From Macrostomum lignano (Eukaryota): 64,000 nt of DNA. The translations under genes were made by a program, and so were the position numbers. Every line of letters begins with the position of its first letter. Within the stretch, counting starts at the first letter, position 1. Below are positions 1-11,929 of the stretch, in pieces. The DNA is taken from assembly GCA_002269645.1 (NCBI GenBank), contig NIVC01000227.1, positions 558,001-622,000 on the forward strand, read 5' to 3'. Below the pieces are notes generated by a model. It was given only the letters and a program-made list of their open reading frames with translations. It had not been told where the DNA came from and searched no databases.

Positions 1-2102
1 GGCCCTATAGCTAGGCCTAGTTAAAGCAAAGCAACCGACTGCTAGAAAGTTCTAGTAATTATACATGTAGCTTCTGGATTCTAGAACGTGCAGATTCAAA
101 ATTACCAAGTTGCAACCAAAATTATTTAAGGCCTTGTAAATTTAAGTTCAATGTAACTTTGATTTTTTGTTTTATTAATTCTACAACTACATGTAATCAG
201 AGATCAGTGAGACAGCTAGACAGACGACGAAAGAACTTCAATCTCCAAGGTCAAAGGTCAGGGCGCGGTTATTTTGAATTTGTCAATTGTGATTTAAGAT
301 TTTAACAACCTCAAATTAAATGCATTTTAAATGCATCCATCATAAGGAGAGGCAATTCTGAGAGGAACTGTGCATGCAATAGAGGGCAGATCGAGTGTGC
401 ACTGCTAGTTGAATGATCCCAATCAATACATGCAAGTGCAGTTTCTTATTTTTACCATTTGCTAAAGAACTATGTACTCGTAGCTATACAATACAATAAA
501 ATATTTTGACTGCTCAATTACCTGCCCAAGTGCTGTCACATGATTAATTTGGGGCTAAATGTGAATCCGGGGTTTGGGTCCATGCATGCTCCAACCAACC
601 AACAGCGTTTTAAGAATGCTCTGTGTGCTAAAATGGCTTATGGAGGTATAAATTTTTGAAATGCTCTGCAACCTCACTCAGCCAGGCGCATCGCTGGGGG
701 GGGACAGGGGGCTATCCTCCCCAGTAAAAGCTATGGGGGACATGTCAATGCTTTGTCCCCTCCCCAAACCTTGTGACTATAGTGAAATTATTTTTTTTTC
801 ACCTCAAGGCGCCAAAATATAGAGAAGGGCGCTAAAATAGGGCGCCAAAATATAAAGAATGCCTGCGGCGCCAAAAAAAAGCCTGCGGCGCCAAAGGAAA
901 TGCCTGCTGTGGCGCCAAAAAAAGCCTGCGCGGCGCCAGAAGCTGTAATCTCACTCCCAGCTCTGCAATCTCAAGTCAGCCCTACAATTGATGAGGACGC
1001 ACTTTTTTTCCAAATCCCGCGCTAGCACATAGGCTCTAAACTTACTAGCCTACTAACAGTGGGCAACAATGGGCATTTTTATCCTTTTTCTGCGAATTGT
1101 CATGGAATCTATACTAGATATAATGTTTGGTCATACTAGTAGTCATAATAACATAGGCGCAGCTTTTTGGGTCATAAATCATCGCTTTCGAAGCTATTCT
1201 GACAGCCACCTGCGCCTCACTCAGTGTTGAGGCGGGCGCCAGATGGTCTGAGGGGATGCGAATGAAAGCTTTTTTCTCATCATTTTGACAGGCCATCAAG
1301 ATTTATGAGGTCAGGGCCTATTGACCGGCCAGGAATTGACCGTCGTTTCTTGATCCACGGATTGCGACCCCCCCCCCATCATCATCAAGGGCGAGTCCCC
1401 CCGGTCATCAGCAGTGAACATCAAAGTGAAGTGCATCACCTGCTAGCTATTAGCGAAGATTACGACATCAGCATCATCCCGGGCCTACAGCTGCGAAGCA
1501 CTAAGCCGATTCGGTCACTGTGGATTACCTGGTCTCCGGCTGTTGAGTTTCTGATTGGTTGGGTGAGAGGCTGCCTAGACTTGCTTGATTGGATGATTCC
1601 TTATCTGTCCCCTGTTTCAGTAGCTGGATTAGGCGCAAAATTTTGCTCATTTTATTCAGTAGTGCTGTTAATCGAGGCAGAAGTCATTCAATAATACTGC
1701 TAGTAGTCTAAACCCCAATTCAATCTGAAGTGTGAATTGTGATCTAAAGAGAAGGTTAAATCTAACAGTTATTTTTATCAATTCTATTTCTTTGTTCGCC
1801 GATGGCTCAGATAAATAGCTAAGCTAGTAGGCGCCGGTCACAGTGGACCAATGGCAAGGCAGTTCTCAGTCGATCAATCTACGAGCTATCAAATCGTTAG
1901 CGAAATTGCCAATAGTGCAGAATCGGCTCCAGAGATGTACTCTGTGCACTCTAGGTTAGCCAAGTGGCTCGGGTGATCAATCATGCGGTCTCTGAAGTTC
2001 GAGTTAGTCTATCATCAGCGCTAGGAGAGGCTAGTTGGCGCGTTGAAGGCCAAAAGTACAATTCTTCGTATTTAGCAATGTAATAGTACATGTATAGCTA
2101 CC

Positions 2103-2221
2103 CCATAGACTCGCCACCGCAAGAATCCCCTGCACAAGTCCCCTCTGTACCTGCATGGCCAATGCGATCGAGTCCCAGCATTGTCAAAAATCAGCCTTTA
2201 GGATAATGCAATCGTCTATGG
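2103..2221. mobile_element. Small element bounded by CCATAGAC...GTCTATGG inverted termini (putative non-autonomous DNA element)
   Basis: CCATAGAC at 2103-2110 and its reverse complement GTCTATGG at 2214-2221. The right end (GGATAAT...GTCTATGGTTAAACC) recurs almost identically at 10327-10351 (GGATAAT...GTCTATGGCTAAACC). Confidence 0.4.
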
Positions 2222-2403
2222 TTAAACCATGAGCACATTTATTTATTTTTTTCACTTAAACTTCAGGATAATGATTTCAAACTCGGGATAATGGACGCCT
2301 ATTTTTAGAACAAAACAGCAAACACCAACAACAAAAGATTAGCGCTATGGAAAGTTAATTGTGCAATATCAATATGGCGCAATTGTCATAGTGCCGAAGA
2401 CCA

Positions 2404-2712
2404 TTACAGATTGCAATTGTTGAAAGTGCAGTTGTTCATAATAAAGATATTCCGATCGTTCATCTGACGACCATCAGACACGCTCACTGCTTCTTGCACG
2501 ATGGAACTTTGGATGCTGATGTCAGCAGGCATTGTTACTTGACCGTGGGTCGCGGCGCTTTGTCCCATGTTCAACGCACGCGACACTGCATCGCTGCATT
2601 GTTGCAGGGACTTGTCCCGTTTAACTGCCAGGTAGCGCCGGACCGTGCTCTCGGACTTTTGACCCGTGATAGCCATGATCTCGCTCATCGAATGCCCAGC
2701 CGATTCCAGGTC
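2404..2712 (-). pseudogene. C-terminal relic of a tyrosine recombinase (Crypton / DUF3504-like)
   Basis: The frame is open from 2712 and reads DLESAGHSMSEIMAITGQKSESTVRRY, matching the YR C-terminal pattern L-x-x-A-G-x5-I-M-x-x-T-G-H-K/R-S-x6-Y, with catalytic His changed to Gln and Tyr retained. It ends in FIMNNCTFNNCNL, a tail typical of DUF3504/Crypton-derived proteins. No intact H-x-L-R upstream (stop at 2713-2715). Confidence 0.55.
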
Positions 2713-3087
2713 TCAAGAAAGTGCAAGAAGTTCAAAAAGTCTTCGTTATCCTTCATGTCCTTCTGAGATGTGGAAAGTCTTGAGATCCAATTGAGTTCGC
2801 TGCTAGATACGTTGGCTAAACTTTCGACAGGCATATTGCCCCAGTTGATCGGATATGACGTCTGGTTCTCCATGGCCAAGCGAATGTAGCTATTTACGTT
2901 TTATTCTCTCTTTCTCTCCACATCTCCTTCCTTTCCACCCTCTTAACCCCCAGCCTGTTTGCAACTTCGTTGTCTATGGCCCAAACTCCAGTAAACCACC
3001 TCAGTCTTTATGTCTCTCTCTCCTCGGTAACCCCTCTCTCCTTTCAATGCCCTTTTTGTCTATGGCCCCACTGAAATTCGACAATGC

Positions 3088-3189
3088 GGTTATTCGTAAG
3101 TGAGACTTTAGGATAATAGTCCGGCTCATGAGTGCGCGCGCACGAGTGAGCATAGGACTATTATCCTAAAGTCTCACTTACGAATAACC
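3088..3189. repeat. Perfect 35-bp inverted repeat forming a ~102-bp hairpin
   Basis: GGTTATTCGTAAGTGAGACTTTAGGATAATAGTCC (3088-3122) is the exact reverse complement of 3155-3189. The spacer contains the palindrome GTGCGCGCGCAC. Confidence 0.9.
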
Positions 3190-4026
3190 AACCAGTGTCC
3201 CTTATCATCGGCTATGACTTCGAGATTGACAGCAAAAAGACACTAGTTGGCAGCAGGTAAGTGCAAAGCCCCTTCTAGTCGGAAGCCCAATTTTGAGAGT
3301 CCCGGTGTGGTGAGCCAGGACGAACGGGCTGGTGGCAGCGAGTTAGCTAATCTGCGGATTAACTAATTTCTACCTTCAAAATTCTCCGTTTGTCTCTCGC
3401 TGTCCCTCTCTTAGCTATAGGACCTAGACTGCTCACCACAGATCACAGCTACCATGGGGCTGACCATCTGACAGGAGTGGGGGCCAGGACTCTAATTGAT
3501 TTATTTCTAAGACCTGAGGCCCGAAGGCTTCCCCACAAGGGGGCCGAAAGGCCGAAACCCATCACAATCTACAGTACGGAAATAGAGTAATAAAAATTCA
3601 AGTGAATCCTTCACACCGAAAAAGTTAGGCGTCTTAAATGACGTTAAGAATATAGACTTAAAGGTCAAGAGAGTCACTTATCAAGTTTTTTTTTCAAAAC
3701 ACTGAGCAATGCAAGATAGTGTAGTGTATGAGGTACACGCGAGGCGAATTAAAGCTTTCTGGCTATAAGTAAACTGCTTGAAAAACATTCGAAATTTTTT
3801 GTTTGAAAAAAACCACATCCGGCCAAATTGAACTATGCGGCCATTTATTTGCAAAATTAATTAGCTATATGAGCTCATTAATTAAAAATAGAAAATTACA
3901 AGGCTCCGTTGCACAGAGGTAGCTAGAGGATACATGCTGAGAATCAAGAGTATAAAATGGCGAAGTTGAGCTGGCCCGTGCAGAATATTATAGAGGCTTT
4001 TAATTATATCCTCTACTTTGTTGGAA

Positions 4027-4953
4027 ATGCTATTAGTCAGCTGGGTTCCATCTGAGTCTGCATCCATTGATGAAGCGCACACAGCTGCTGTCTCCCGACT
4101 CAGGCCGTACCAGGCCGAGTTCTCCATACCGACTGAGCAGCTTCTCGATGCGGCCTTCAGACTCCAAGTCATGTCGCCGAATGCCTCAGCTGGCGCGCCA
4201 GTTCTGATTGGCCTGCAGCACAGAGAGTCTGTCGAATCTTGGATAATTACAGCGCCATTGGCAACCGTTGCTAGGACGCTTTGCCCTCCAATGAGTTTGA
4301 GCAGAGAATTTGAGCTGGCGACAGACTGGGAGCTGCTGACGCTGACCATCGCTACCCAGTCTGCCCGGCCGGTGCTGGTTGAGTTCTCCGGCCAGCTGAT
4401 GTCGGACTTCACCGTGACTCCGGGCTCCAGCGTCAGTTTCACGGTGGAATCGGCGGATTCTCCGCAACTGCTGGCGATTCGCGTGCCGTCAGGTCCAGCG
4501 GCGCTCCAAACAGCGTGGCGGCTGGCCTTCAGAGCGGCGCCGTCGATTCGCTGCGCTCTGGTACAGCTGCATCAGGCTCGATGTCCGCTGAGCGACTCGG
4601 GAAGCAGCGTCATCAGTGCGCAGACCCTGACAGGCAGCGGCTACCTTCTAGTCAGTGCAGCCGCCGCCACAATTCGAAGCGCAAATTCCACGCTATCGAC
4701 ATTTTTCCTGACTGTCCGGACTTTTCCTGACGGGGGCGGCCAGTGCGGCATCTTGGACACCGGAATTAGCGATGTCGGCGGCGGCCAGACGAATTTCAGC
4801 CTGACTGTCCAGTCGCTGCCAGTTCACGCGGCCAGCCTGCCCGTGGCTCTGACAGCCGGCTGCCTCCTCCTGCTGCTCCTGCTGGCGCCCGTGTGCGCGC
4901 GCATCTGCTGGAAGGCGCCAGGCCCTGCGGCGGTTGCTGATCGGAATAAGGCG
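4027..4953 (+). CDS. SIDT: SID-1/SIDT family transmembrane protein, exon 1 (extracellular beta-sandwich domains + TM1)
   Basis: CALVQLHQARCPLSD...AQTLTGSG...FFLTVRTFPDGGGQCG followed by a hydrophobic helix parallels SIDT2 CSVISIQDVLCPVYD...YQTMTKKA...FYVVVVVKTEDQACG + TM1. Phase-0 donor GCG|GTAAAT at 4953/4954. The start at ATG 4027 is tentative (frame open from 3994). Confidence 0.7.
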
Positions 4954-5020
4954 GTAAATTCGCGGCTTCAATACTAAAGTAGATACAGAAAGGACAGTGT
5001 GTCATCTTTTCATGGCCTTC

Positions 5021-6777
5021 ATCTGCAATCTCACTCCCAGCTCTGCAATCTCACTCCCAGATCTGCAATCTCACTCTCAGCTCTGCGATCTCACTCCCAG
5101 CTCTACAATCTCACTCTCAGCTCTGCGATCTCGCTCCCAGCTCTACAATCTCACTCTCAGCTCTGCGATCTCACTCCCAGCTCTACAATCTCACTCTCAG
5201 CTCTGCAATCTCGCTCCCAGCTCTACAATCTCACTCCCAGATCTGCAATCTCACTCTCAGCTCTGCAATCTCGCTCCCAGCTCTACAATCTCACTCCCAG
5301 ATCTGCAATCTCACTCCCAGATCTGCAATCTCACTCCCAGATCTGCAATCTCACTCCCAGATCTGCAATCTCACTCCCAGCTTTGCAATCTCACTCTCAG
5401 ATCTGCAATCTCACTCCCAGATCTGCAATATCACTCCCAGATCTGCAATCTCACTCTTAGATCTGCAATATCACTCCCAGCTCTGCAATCTCACTCCCAG
5501 ATCTGCAATCTCACTCCCAGATCTGCAATCTCACTCCCAGATCTGCAATCTCACTCTTAGATCTGCAATCTCACTCCCAGATCTGCAATCTCACTCCCAG
5601 CTTTGCAATCTCACTCTCAGATCTGCAATCTCACTCCCAGATCTGCAATCTCACTCCCAGATCTGCAATCTCACTCCAGATCTGCAATCTCACTCCCAGA
5701 TCTGCAATCTCACTCCCAGATCTGCAATCTCACTCCCAGATCTGCAATCTCACTCCCAGATCTGCAATCTCACTCTTAGATCTGCAATCTCACTCCCAGA
5801 TCTGCATTATCTCACTCCCAGCTTTGCAATCTCACTCTCAGATCTGCAATCTCACTCTTAGATCTGCAATATCACTCCCAGATCTGCAATCTCACTCTTA
5901 GATCTGCAATATCACTCCCAGCTCTGCAATCTCACTCTCAGATCTGCAATCTCACTCTTAGATCTGCAATATCACTCCCAGATCTGCAATCTCACTCTTA
6001 GATCTGCAATATCACTCCCAGCTCTGCAATCTCACTCCCAGATCTGCAATCTCACTCTCAGCTCTGCGATCTCACTCCCAACTCTACAATCTCACTCTCA
6101 ATCTGCAATCTCGCTCCCAGCTCTACAATCTCACTCTCAGCTCTGCAATCTCGCTCCCAGCTCTACAATCTCACTCTCAGCTCTGCAATCTCACTCTCAG
6201 CTCTGCAATCTCACTCTCAGCTCTGCAATCTCACTCTCATCTCTGCAATCTCACTCAGAGATGCAATCTCACTCTCAGCTCTGCAATCTCACTCCCAGCT
6301 CTGCAATCTCACTCTCATCTCTGCAATCTCACTCTCAGCTCTGCAATCTCACTCTCAGCTCTGCAATCTCACTCTCAGCTCTGCAATCTCACTCTCAGCT
6401 CTACAATCTCACTCTCAGCTCTGCAATCTCACTCTCAGCTCTGCAATCTCACTCTCAGCTCTGCAATCTCACTCTCATCTCTGCAATCTCACTCCCAGCT
6501 CTACAATCTCACTCTCAGCTCTGCAATCTCACTCCCAGCTCTACAATCTCACTCTCAGCTCTGCAATCTCACTCCCAGCTCTACAATCTCACTCTCAGCT
6601 CTGCAATCTCACTCCCAGCTCTACAATCTCACTCTCAGCTCTGCAATCTCACTCCCAGCTCTACAATCTCACTCTCAGCTCTGCAAACTCACTCCCAGCT
6701 CTACAATCTCACTCTCAGCTCTGCAATCTCACTCCCAGCTCTGCAAGCTCACTCTCAGCCCTGAAATCTCACCCCAG
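5021..6777. repeat. 20-bp minisatellite (TCTGCAATCTCACTCCCAGC/A) filling the SIDT intron
   Basis: About 88 tandem units with C/T and A/C variants. It explains the LQSHSQ-type ORFs at 4997-5560 and 6261-6764. Confidence 0.95.
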
Positions 6778-6823
6778 CTTGAATTCAAATGCATGCCTGC
6801 ACTATAAAAATCATACCTTCAAG

Positions 6824-8193
6824 AGAACATCACCAGAAGCCAACTACGAACTCGGATCACCAGTACGCGACACGCCAGTGGACACAGTCGACCAGAGCCA
6901 GCTCTGCACCTGTCGGCCACTGCCGGATGGCGTTGTCAGCCTCGAAGACGTCATCAGCGACGCGGTGGACGCGGCAGACGGCCGTCGGCAGACTCGGTAC
7001 TGCGTCCACGCCGCGGTGGCAGCGGTCTTCTTCTGCCTGCCGGCTCTGCAGCTGGTGATGTCCAGCCAACGGCTGCTGCACGAGTCCGGCGACCAGGACC
7101 TCTGCTACTACAACTTCGCCTGCCTGCTGCCTGTCACGGTGCTGGGCCACGTGATCTACGCCTCCAACAGCGTGTTCTCCAACATTGGCTACGCAATTCT
7201 TGGTGTCACTTTTCTAATTTGCACTCTGGTGCACCGGCGCTCAATGAAGGCGCGCCGGTTAGCGAGACGGCGACAATTAGCGGTTGACAGCGGCGGCAAG
7301 TTCGGCGTACCGCACAGCCACGGCCTGCACTTTGCCTCCGGACTGTGCATGTGCGTTGAGGGCTTGCTGTCGGCTGGCTACCACCTGTGCCCCAGCGCCG
7401 CCAGCTTCCAATTCGACACCGCCTTCATGCTGGTGCTGGCGTCGCTGCTGGCGCTGCTGGTGCTGGCGAAACGGCGTCCCGGACTGCGGCCGCCGGCGCA
7501 CTGGGGCTGCTTGGCCATCGCCGGCCTGCTGCTGCTGAACTCGCTCGGCTCGTCCGTCAATTCTGAGCCGCGATTCGAGCCGCGGTCTTCGCCGCCACCG
7601 GCCTGCTGCTGCTGACGCCGCCAGTTGCCGTTGTGGCCGTCCGGTGCGCCCGGCTGCGCAGCTGCCGCGGCAGCGTCAGCCCAGCTGAAGTCGCCTACGG
7701 CTGCATCTGGCTCTCCGAGTCGGCAGCCGTCTTCGCCGCCGCCTACTTTGCTGGTCGAGGCTCCGCCCCGGTGATGTCGGCCTCCTACAGCCTGCTGCTG
7801 CTGGCCTGCCTGCTCACCAACACCGCCTGCTACTTGGCCTACTACCTGGCTAAGAAGCTGCAGTCCTGGGCTCGAACTCCGCGTTGCGAGGTGCACCGCT
7901 CGGTGGGATCAACCATCGCCGCAGCGTCGGCGTCGACTTTCTGCCTGACGGTGGCGCTGGCGGCCTGGGGCGTGGCGCTGTGGCAGTTCTCGCTGTCGCC
8001 GACAGACTGGAAGCTGTCGCCCGCGCAGTCCCGCTCGGCGCGCAACCGGCCCTGCGCGGCTCTGGGCTTCTTTGACGCGCACGATCTATGGCACTTTGCC
8101 AGCTCCGCGGCCATCTTCTTCAGCTTCCTGTTCCTGCTCACCCTGGACGATGATGTGGCCGATGTGCCGCGCTATAGGCTGGAGGTTTTCTGA
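6824..8193 (+). CDS. SIDT: SID-1/SIDT family transmembrane protein, exon 2 (TM region), with 1-bp frameshift near 7575
   Basis: Hallmark motifs GDQDLCYYNFAC, SNSVFSNIGY, VEGLLSAGYHLCP...FQFDTAFM and FFDAHDLWHF...LLTLDDD, ending RLEVF*. The CREST-superfamily SxxxH and HxxxH metal-site residues are retained. Acceptor CCTTCAAG|AGA at 6823/6824 fits the phase-0 donor (inferred). Adding one base at TTC(C)GA joins ORFs 6779-7615 and 7633-8193 as EPRFRAAVFAATGLLLL. Confidence 0.9.
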
Positions 8194-9285
8194 CTCGCTG
8201 ATAATGTGAAGTGCATATATGGCGTTCTCCCAAGCATGTACTGTCAGTGTCAGTATAAAGCAAGGACCGGTTTTCACTTCCTTGACAATAGCTACTATAT
8301 GTAGCATGCGCAGGCAGGCAGTTCGGGCACCTAGTTTGCACTCCGTGACCCCACCCAGCCTATCCACTTCCCTCTGCTCGAGCACATCCCAACGCGCACT
8401 CAATGAACCGGAAATCTGTGTTCTACCAGACAATAAACATACAGGCACAGCCACATTCTATTTCTTCACCTTTTTGAGTGGCTAACTAACACTCGCAACA
8501 ACCAGCTAGAGTTGCTCGCTACACTATGCTGTACGTAATACGAGGCTTTATTTTTTAGATCTTCCAAGAAGCATGTGGATATCGTAATAAACTCGATTAA
8601 AGATTAGTTTGCCAATTTACTCTAGTCGTACACAATTGTAGCTTTGTGAAGTACAGCAATTATTTTACTTATTTTATATACATTACGTTGTGACGTAGAC
8701 ATCAAGAAAAAATTGGGATTAGGAGCTATTGTATAGTATGTCAGATGTAAAATGTAGTACATGTTTATAGCAGGAAGTTACATGTAGCTCCAGTATAATT
8801 TGTCATTTCAAGGGCTATAAAATAACTATGCAGAACAAATGCTTCGCGGTTCTTCTCAAAATGTATGGTTAAAATTATAGTTTCTAATTGTCAAATGCAA
8901 CGACCATAGGGCCGCGGTATGCGAGCAAAAAGTTTTTTGATCTCAACTTCCAAAAATATTGATCCAGTCGATCACGGAATATGCATGCGTTGTTTACGAT
9001 CGGTCTCGCTGAAATAAAACTTAAATGCATACCAAACTAAGACGCGCGAGCCTAAAACAGCTACATACTTCTGTACATGCGCCCAAATGCAGTTAATACA
9101 TGTAATTGTCTATAGCTACGTAGACTGCTAGCTGGGTTCGCCTTTCTGCATAATAAATCCAAAGTCTGGGCTTGCTTTCCAAAGTGCAGTCCATACTGTA
9201 TACCATAGAAAGTTAGCCAGCTTCTGTATTGTATACGGCCAAATAGAAGACGAAATACATTTTTCACCAATCACCACTAGCTATA

Positions 9286-10240
9286 CGGGTGTCCCAAAAA
9301 AGGGTAACACTTTGTGCGCTCACTGTGAGTGAGCAGCTAGGCCTATAGCACAGTAATTTAACAGGTCCACAGTAAACATTTGTAAGTTTTTCCACAAACA
9401 TTTGGTTGCGAAAAATTGTCCAGAGGCGAGTTATTGAGCACAGAAGTGTACGCTAGCTTTTCTGCCAAGCTTTGCCATACACAGCTGCCATAGACTGCAA
9501 TCTTAACGTTTAAGAAATTTTAACGTTAGATCAGTCTCAGAGTCTATGCATGCTCTGTCATTTTTCTTACGCAAAAGATTGTCCATGGCCTCCGTCTATG
9601 GCAAAGCTTAGCAGAGAAGCTAGCGTACACTTACAAGCTCAAAAAATCAATAACGATTTTTCAAATAAACTGGTATTTGACCACACCGTCTGAGTCTATG
9701 CTCCTTAAGATTTTTTAAAGCAAAATATTGTCTATGGCAGCTGTGTATGGCAAAGCTTGGCAGAAAAGCTAGCGTACACTTACAAGCTCAAAAAATCAAT
9801 AACGATTTTTCAAATAAACTGGTATTTGACCACACCGTCTGAGTCTATGCTCCTTAAGATTTTTTAAAGCAAAATATTGTCTATGGCAGCTGTGTATGGC
9901 AAAGCTTGGCAGAAAAGCTAGCGTACACTTACAAGCTCAAAAAATCAATAACGATTTTTCAAATAAACTGGTATTTGACCACACCGTCTCAGTCTATGCT
10001 CCTTAAGATTTTTTAAAGCAAAAGATTGTCTATGGCAGCTGTGTATGGCAAAGCTTGGCAGAAAAGCTAGCGTACACTTACAAGCTTAATAACTCGCCTC
10101 TGGAGCAATTTTTCGCAACCAAATGTTTGTGGGAAAAACTTACAAATGTTTACTGTGGACCTGTTAAATTACTGTGCTATAGCTGCCTAACGCTCACTCA
10201 CAGTGAGCGCACAAAGTGTTACCCTTTTTTGGGACACCCG
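9286..10240. mobile_element. Non-autonomous Tc1/mariner-like element with ~210-bp TIRs and three internal 149-bp tandem repeats
   Basis: Left end TA|CGGGTGTCCCAAAAAAGGGTAACACTTTG; right end CAAAGTGTTACCCTTTTTTGGGACACCCG|TTATA. Inverted identity extends to about 9495 and 10029. TACAAGCT recurs at 9632, 9781, 9930 and 10079 (149-bp period). Confidence 0.8.
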
Positions 10241-10257
10241 TTATATGGGGCGGTAAT

Positions 10258-10475
10258 ACACCTTTTCACGTTCAATTTTGATCAAAGTCCAGTTCTAAAG
10301 ACTAGCGGAACTTCAATTCAGACTGAGGATAATTTTGTCTATGGCTAAACCTTACTTCGGTTAGAATGTTTTGAACTGGGGTTAGACTGGGCCCCAGTCT
10401 AAATTGTCTGAATTCATGAATTTCCGCTAGTTTTTTAGAACTGGACTTTGATCAAAATTGAAGGTGAAAAGGTGT
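10258..10475. mobile_element. Small fold-back MITE (~65-bp arms) with inner hairpin
   Basis: ACACCTTTTCACGTTCAATTTTGATCAAAGTCCAGTTCTAAA (10258-) pairs with TTTAGAACTGGACTTTGATCAAAATTGAAGGTGAAAAGGTGT (-10475). Inner hairpin TAGACTGGG-C-CCCAGTCTA at 10383-10401. Confidence 0.65.
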
Positions 10476-11929
10476 GGTGGTGAAAAAATGTGGTGCCATA
10501 GACATTTGTGTCCTTGACAAAGTGGGACAGAATAATCGATCGGGCGTTAAATGTAAATTTGCACTAAAGTAAGTTTGACATAGACAATCGGGCGTTAAAA
10601 TGTCATTAACTGCCCGCTAATTTTGATATTTCTTTCCTGCAAGCGGGCTTAATTGTAGTCTATGGCATTAAGGCAAGAATAAGTGCCCAGCGGGTGCCGC
10701 TGGGCACTTACATATGTATGTGTGGGCACTTAGCGTGCCCACTACATTTAAGCCCGCTTGCAGGACTTTAATACTTTAAGCTTCTTTAATAGTACATTAA
10801 CGGCGCCCTCTGATTTTCCCTTTAACGCCCTTAAGGCATGGGTATTACTATATTGTGCCATAGACATTTGTCCTTGACAAAGAGGGACAAAATTAGCGGG
10901 CAGTTAATGCTAATTGTAGCAGCACCAAAGCATTCATTTATTCTAATTCTTTCTTATTCTACATTCCAATCGCTTTAGTTCACCCATAGACATTTCCGTA
11001 CTACCTCGTTTGCCCCAGCGCTAAATAACCCCAACGCGCAATATAACAAATTGCGTTGTCATCTTTTCTTTTCTCTAATGCCGATTCCAATCTCTCATAT
11101 CTATGATCATGATCCCTCCTTTCCACTCTCAGCAGACCTAGCCATTGAGCTGGATTTTTTCTAGCAGTAGAGGCAAAATTGTTTCCAAGCCTCAGCTGGC
11201 GTACACTTCGAGCTACATGTAGAGAGTAAGAGACCATGCAGTCTGTTTCTGAAACTTTGATCTTACACGCACTGTAAAATGTTAATTTTCCAACCTGAAA
11301 TCTGTTGGGTAACTTTTGTCATACTGTAGGAGTGTAGTTCGCACTGTAAATGAGTGTCACCTGTTTCTGACAACCCACATCATAAACACATTTACAACTT
11401 TCCAACTTACTATGCAATAAAAACTGCATAATCGCACATTTAGTGCGTCAAAATTAAGGTTTGCATGTACTGTATAACTTCATGTAGCTTACATATGTGC
11501 ACCTCCAGCAGCACCGTGTTTTGAATTACGTTTCCGAAGCAGACGCGTGAAGGTCAAAGTGTTGCGCGCGCGCGCAAGCAAAGCGTGCAGCAGTGCTAAA
11601 AATATATTTCTGTCCCGCAGGCCTTCGTGCAATTAGAATAAAGTTCGTACCTACTACGTAAATGCCAAAGCCAGCCAGCCAGCCCATGCAGTGAGGCTAA
11701 AGTTCAACCTTGCACTGACACTCGACAGTGCAAGACAAAAATATTTCCGACTGGCTGAGTCACGGCTTGGGCTTTACAGAAAAAGAAATCAGGTATATAA
11801 GTTTCAGAAGTTTCAGGAAAATAACAGAGATAAGGTTGATAAAAGTAAATGAAGGGATGAAAAGGGACATGTATGTGTGAAAACAGAGTAGATGAGAGAA
11901 TATTTAATGCGGGTGGATAGCATAGATGA

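Noticed and set aside
1114-1694. Short ORFs 1114-1299 and 1305-1694, and 11001-11237
   Set aside because: No recognisable motifs or supporting splice structure.
2685-2879. 64-aa ORF overlapping the YR relic (ATGA overlap, apparent translational coupling)
   Set aside because: The YR homology continues in the other frame (LESAGHS...), so the overlap is coincidental. No recognisable motif in this ORF.
4997-6764. LQSHSQ-repeat ORFs
   Set aside because: 20-bp intronic minisatellite; the unit is not a multiple of 3.
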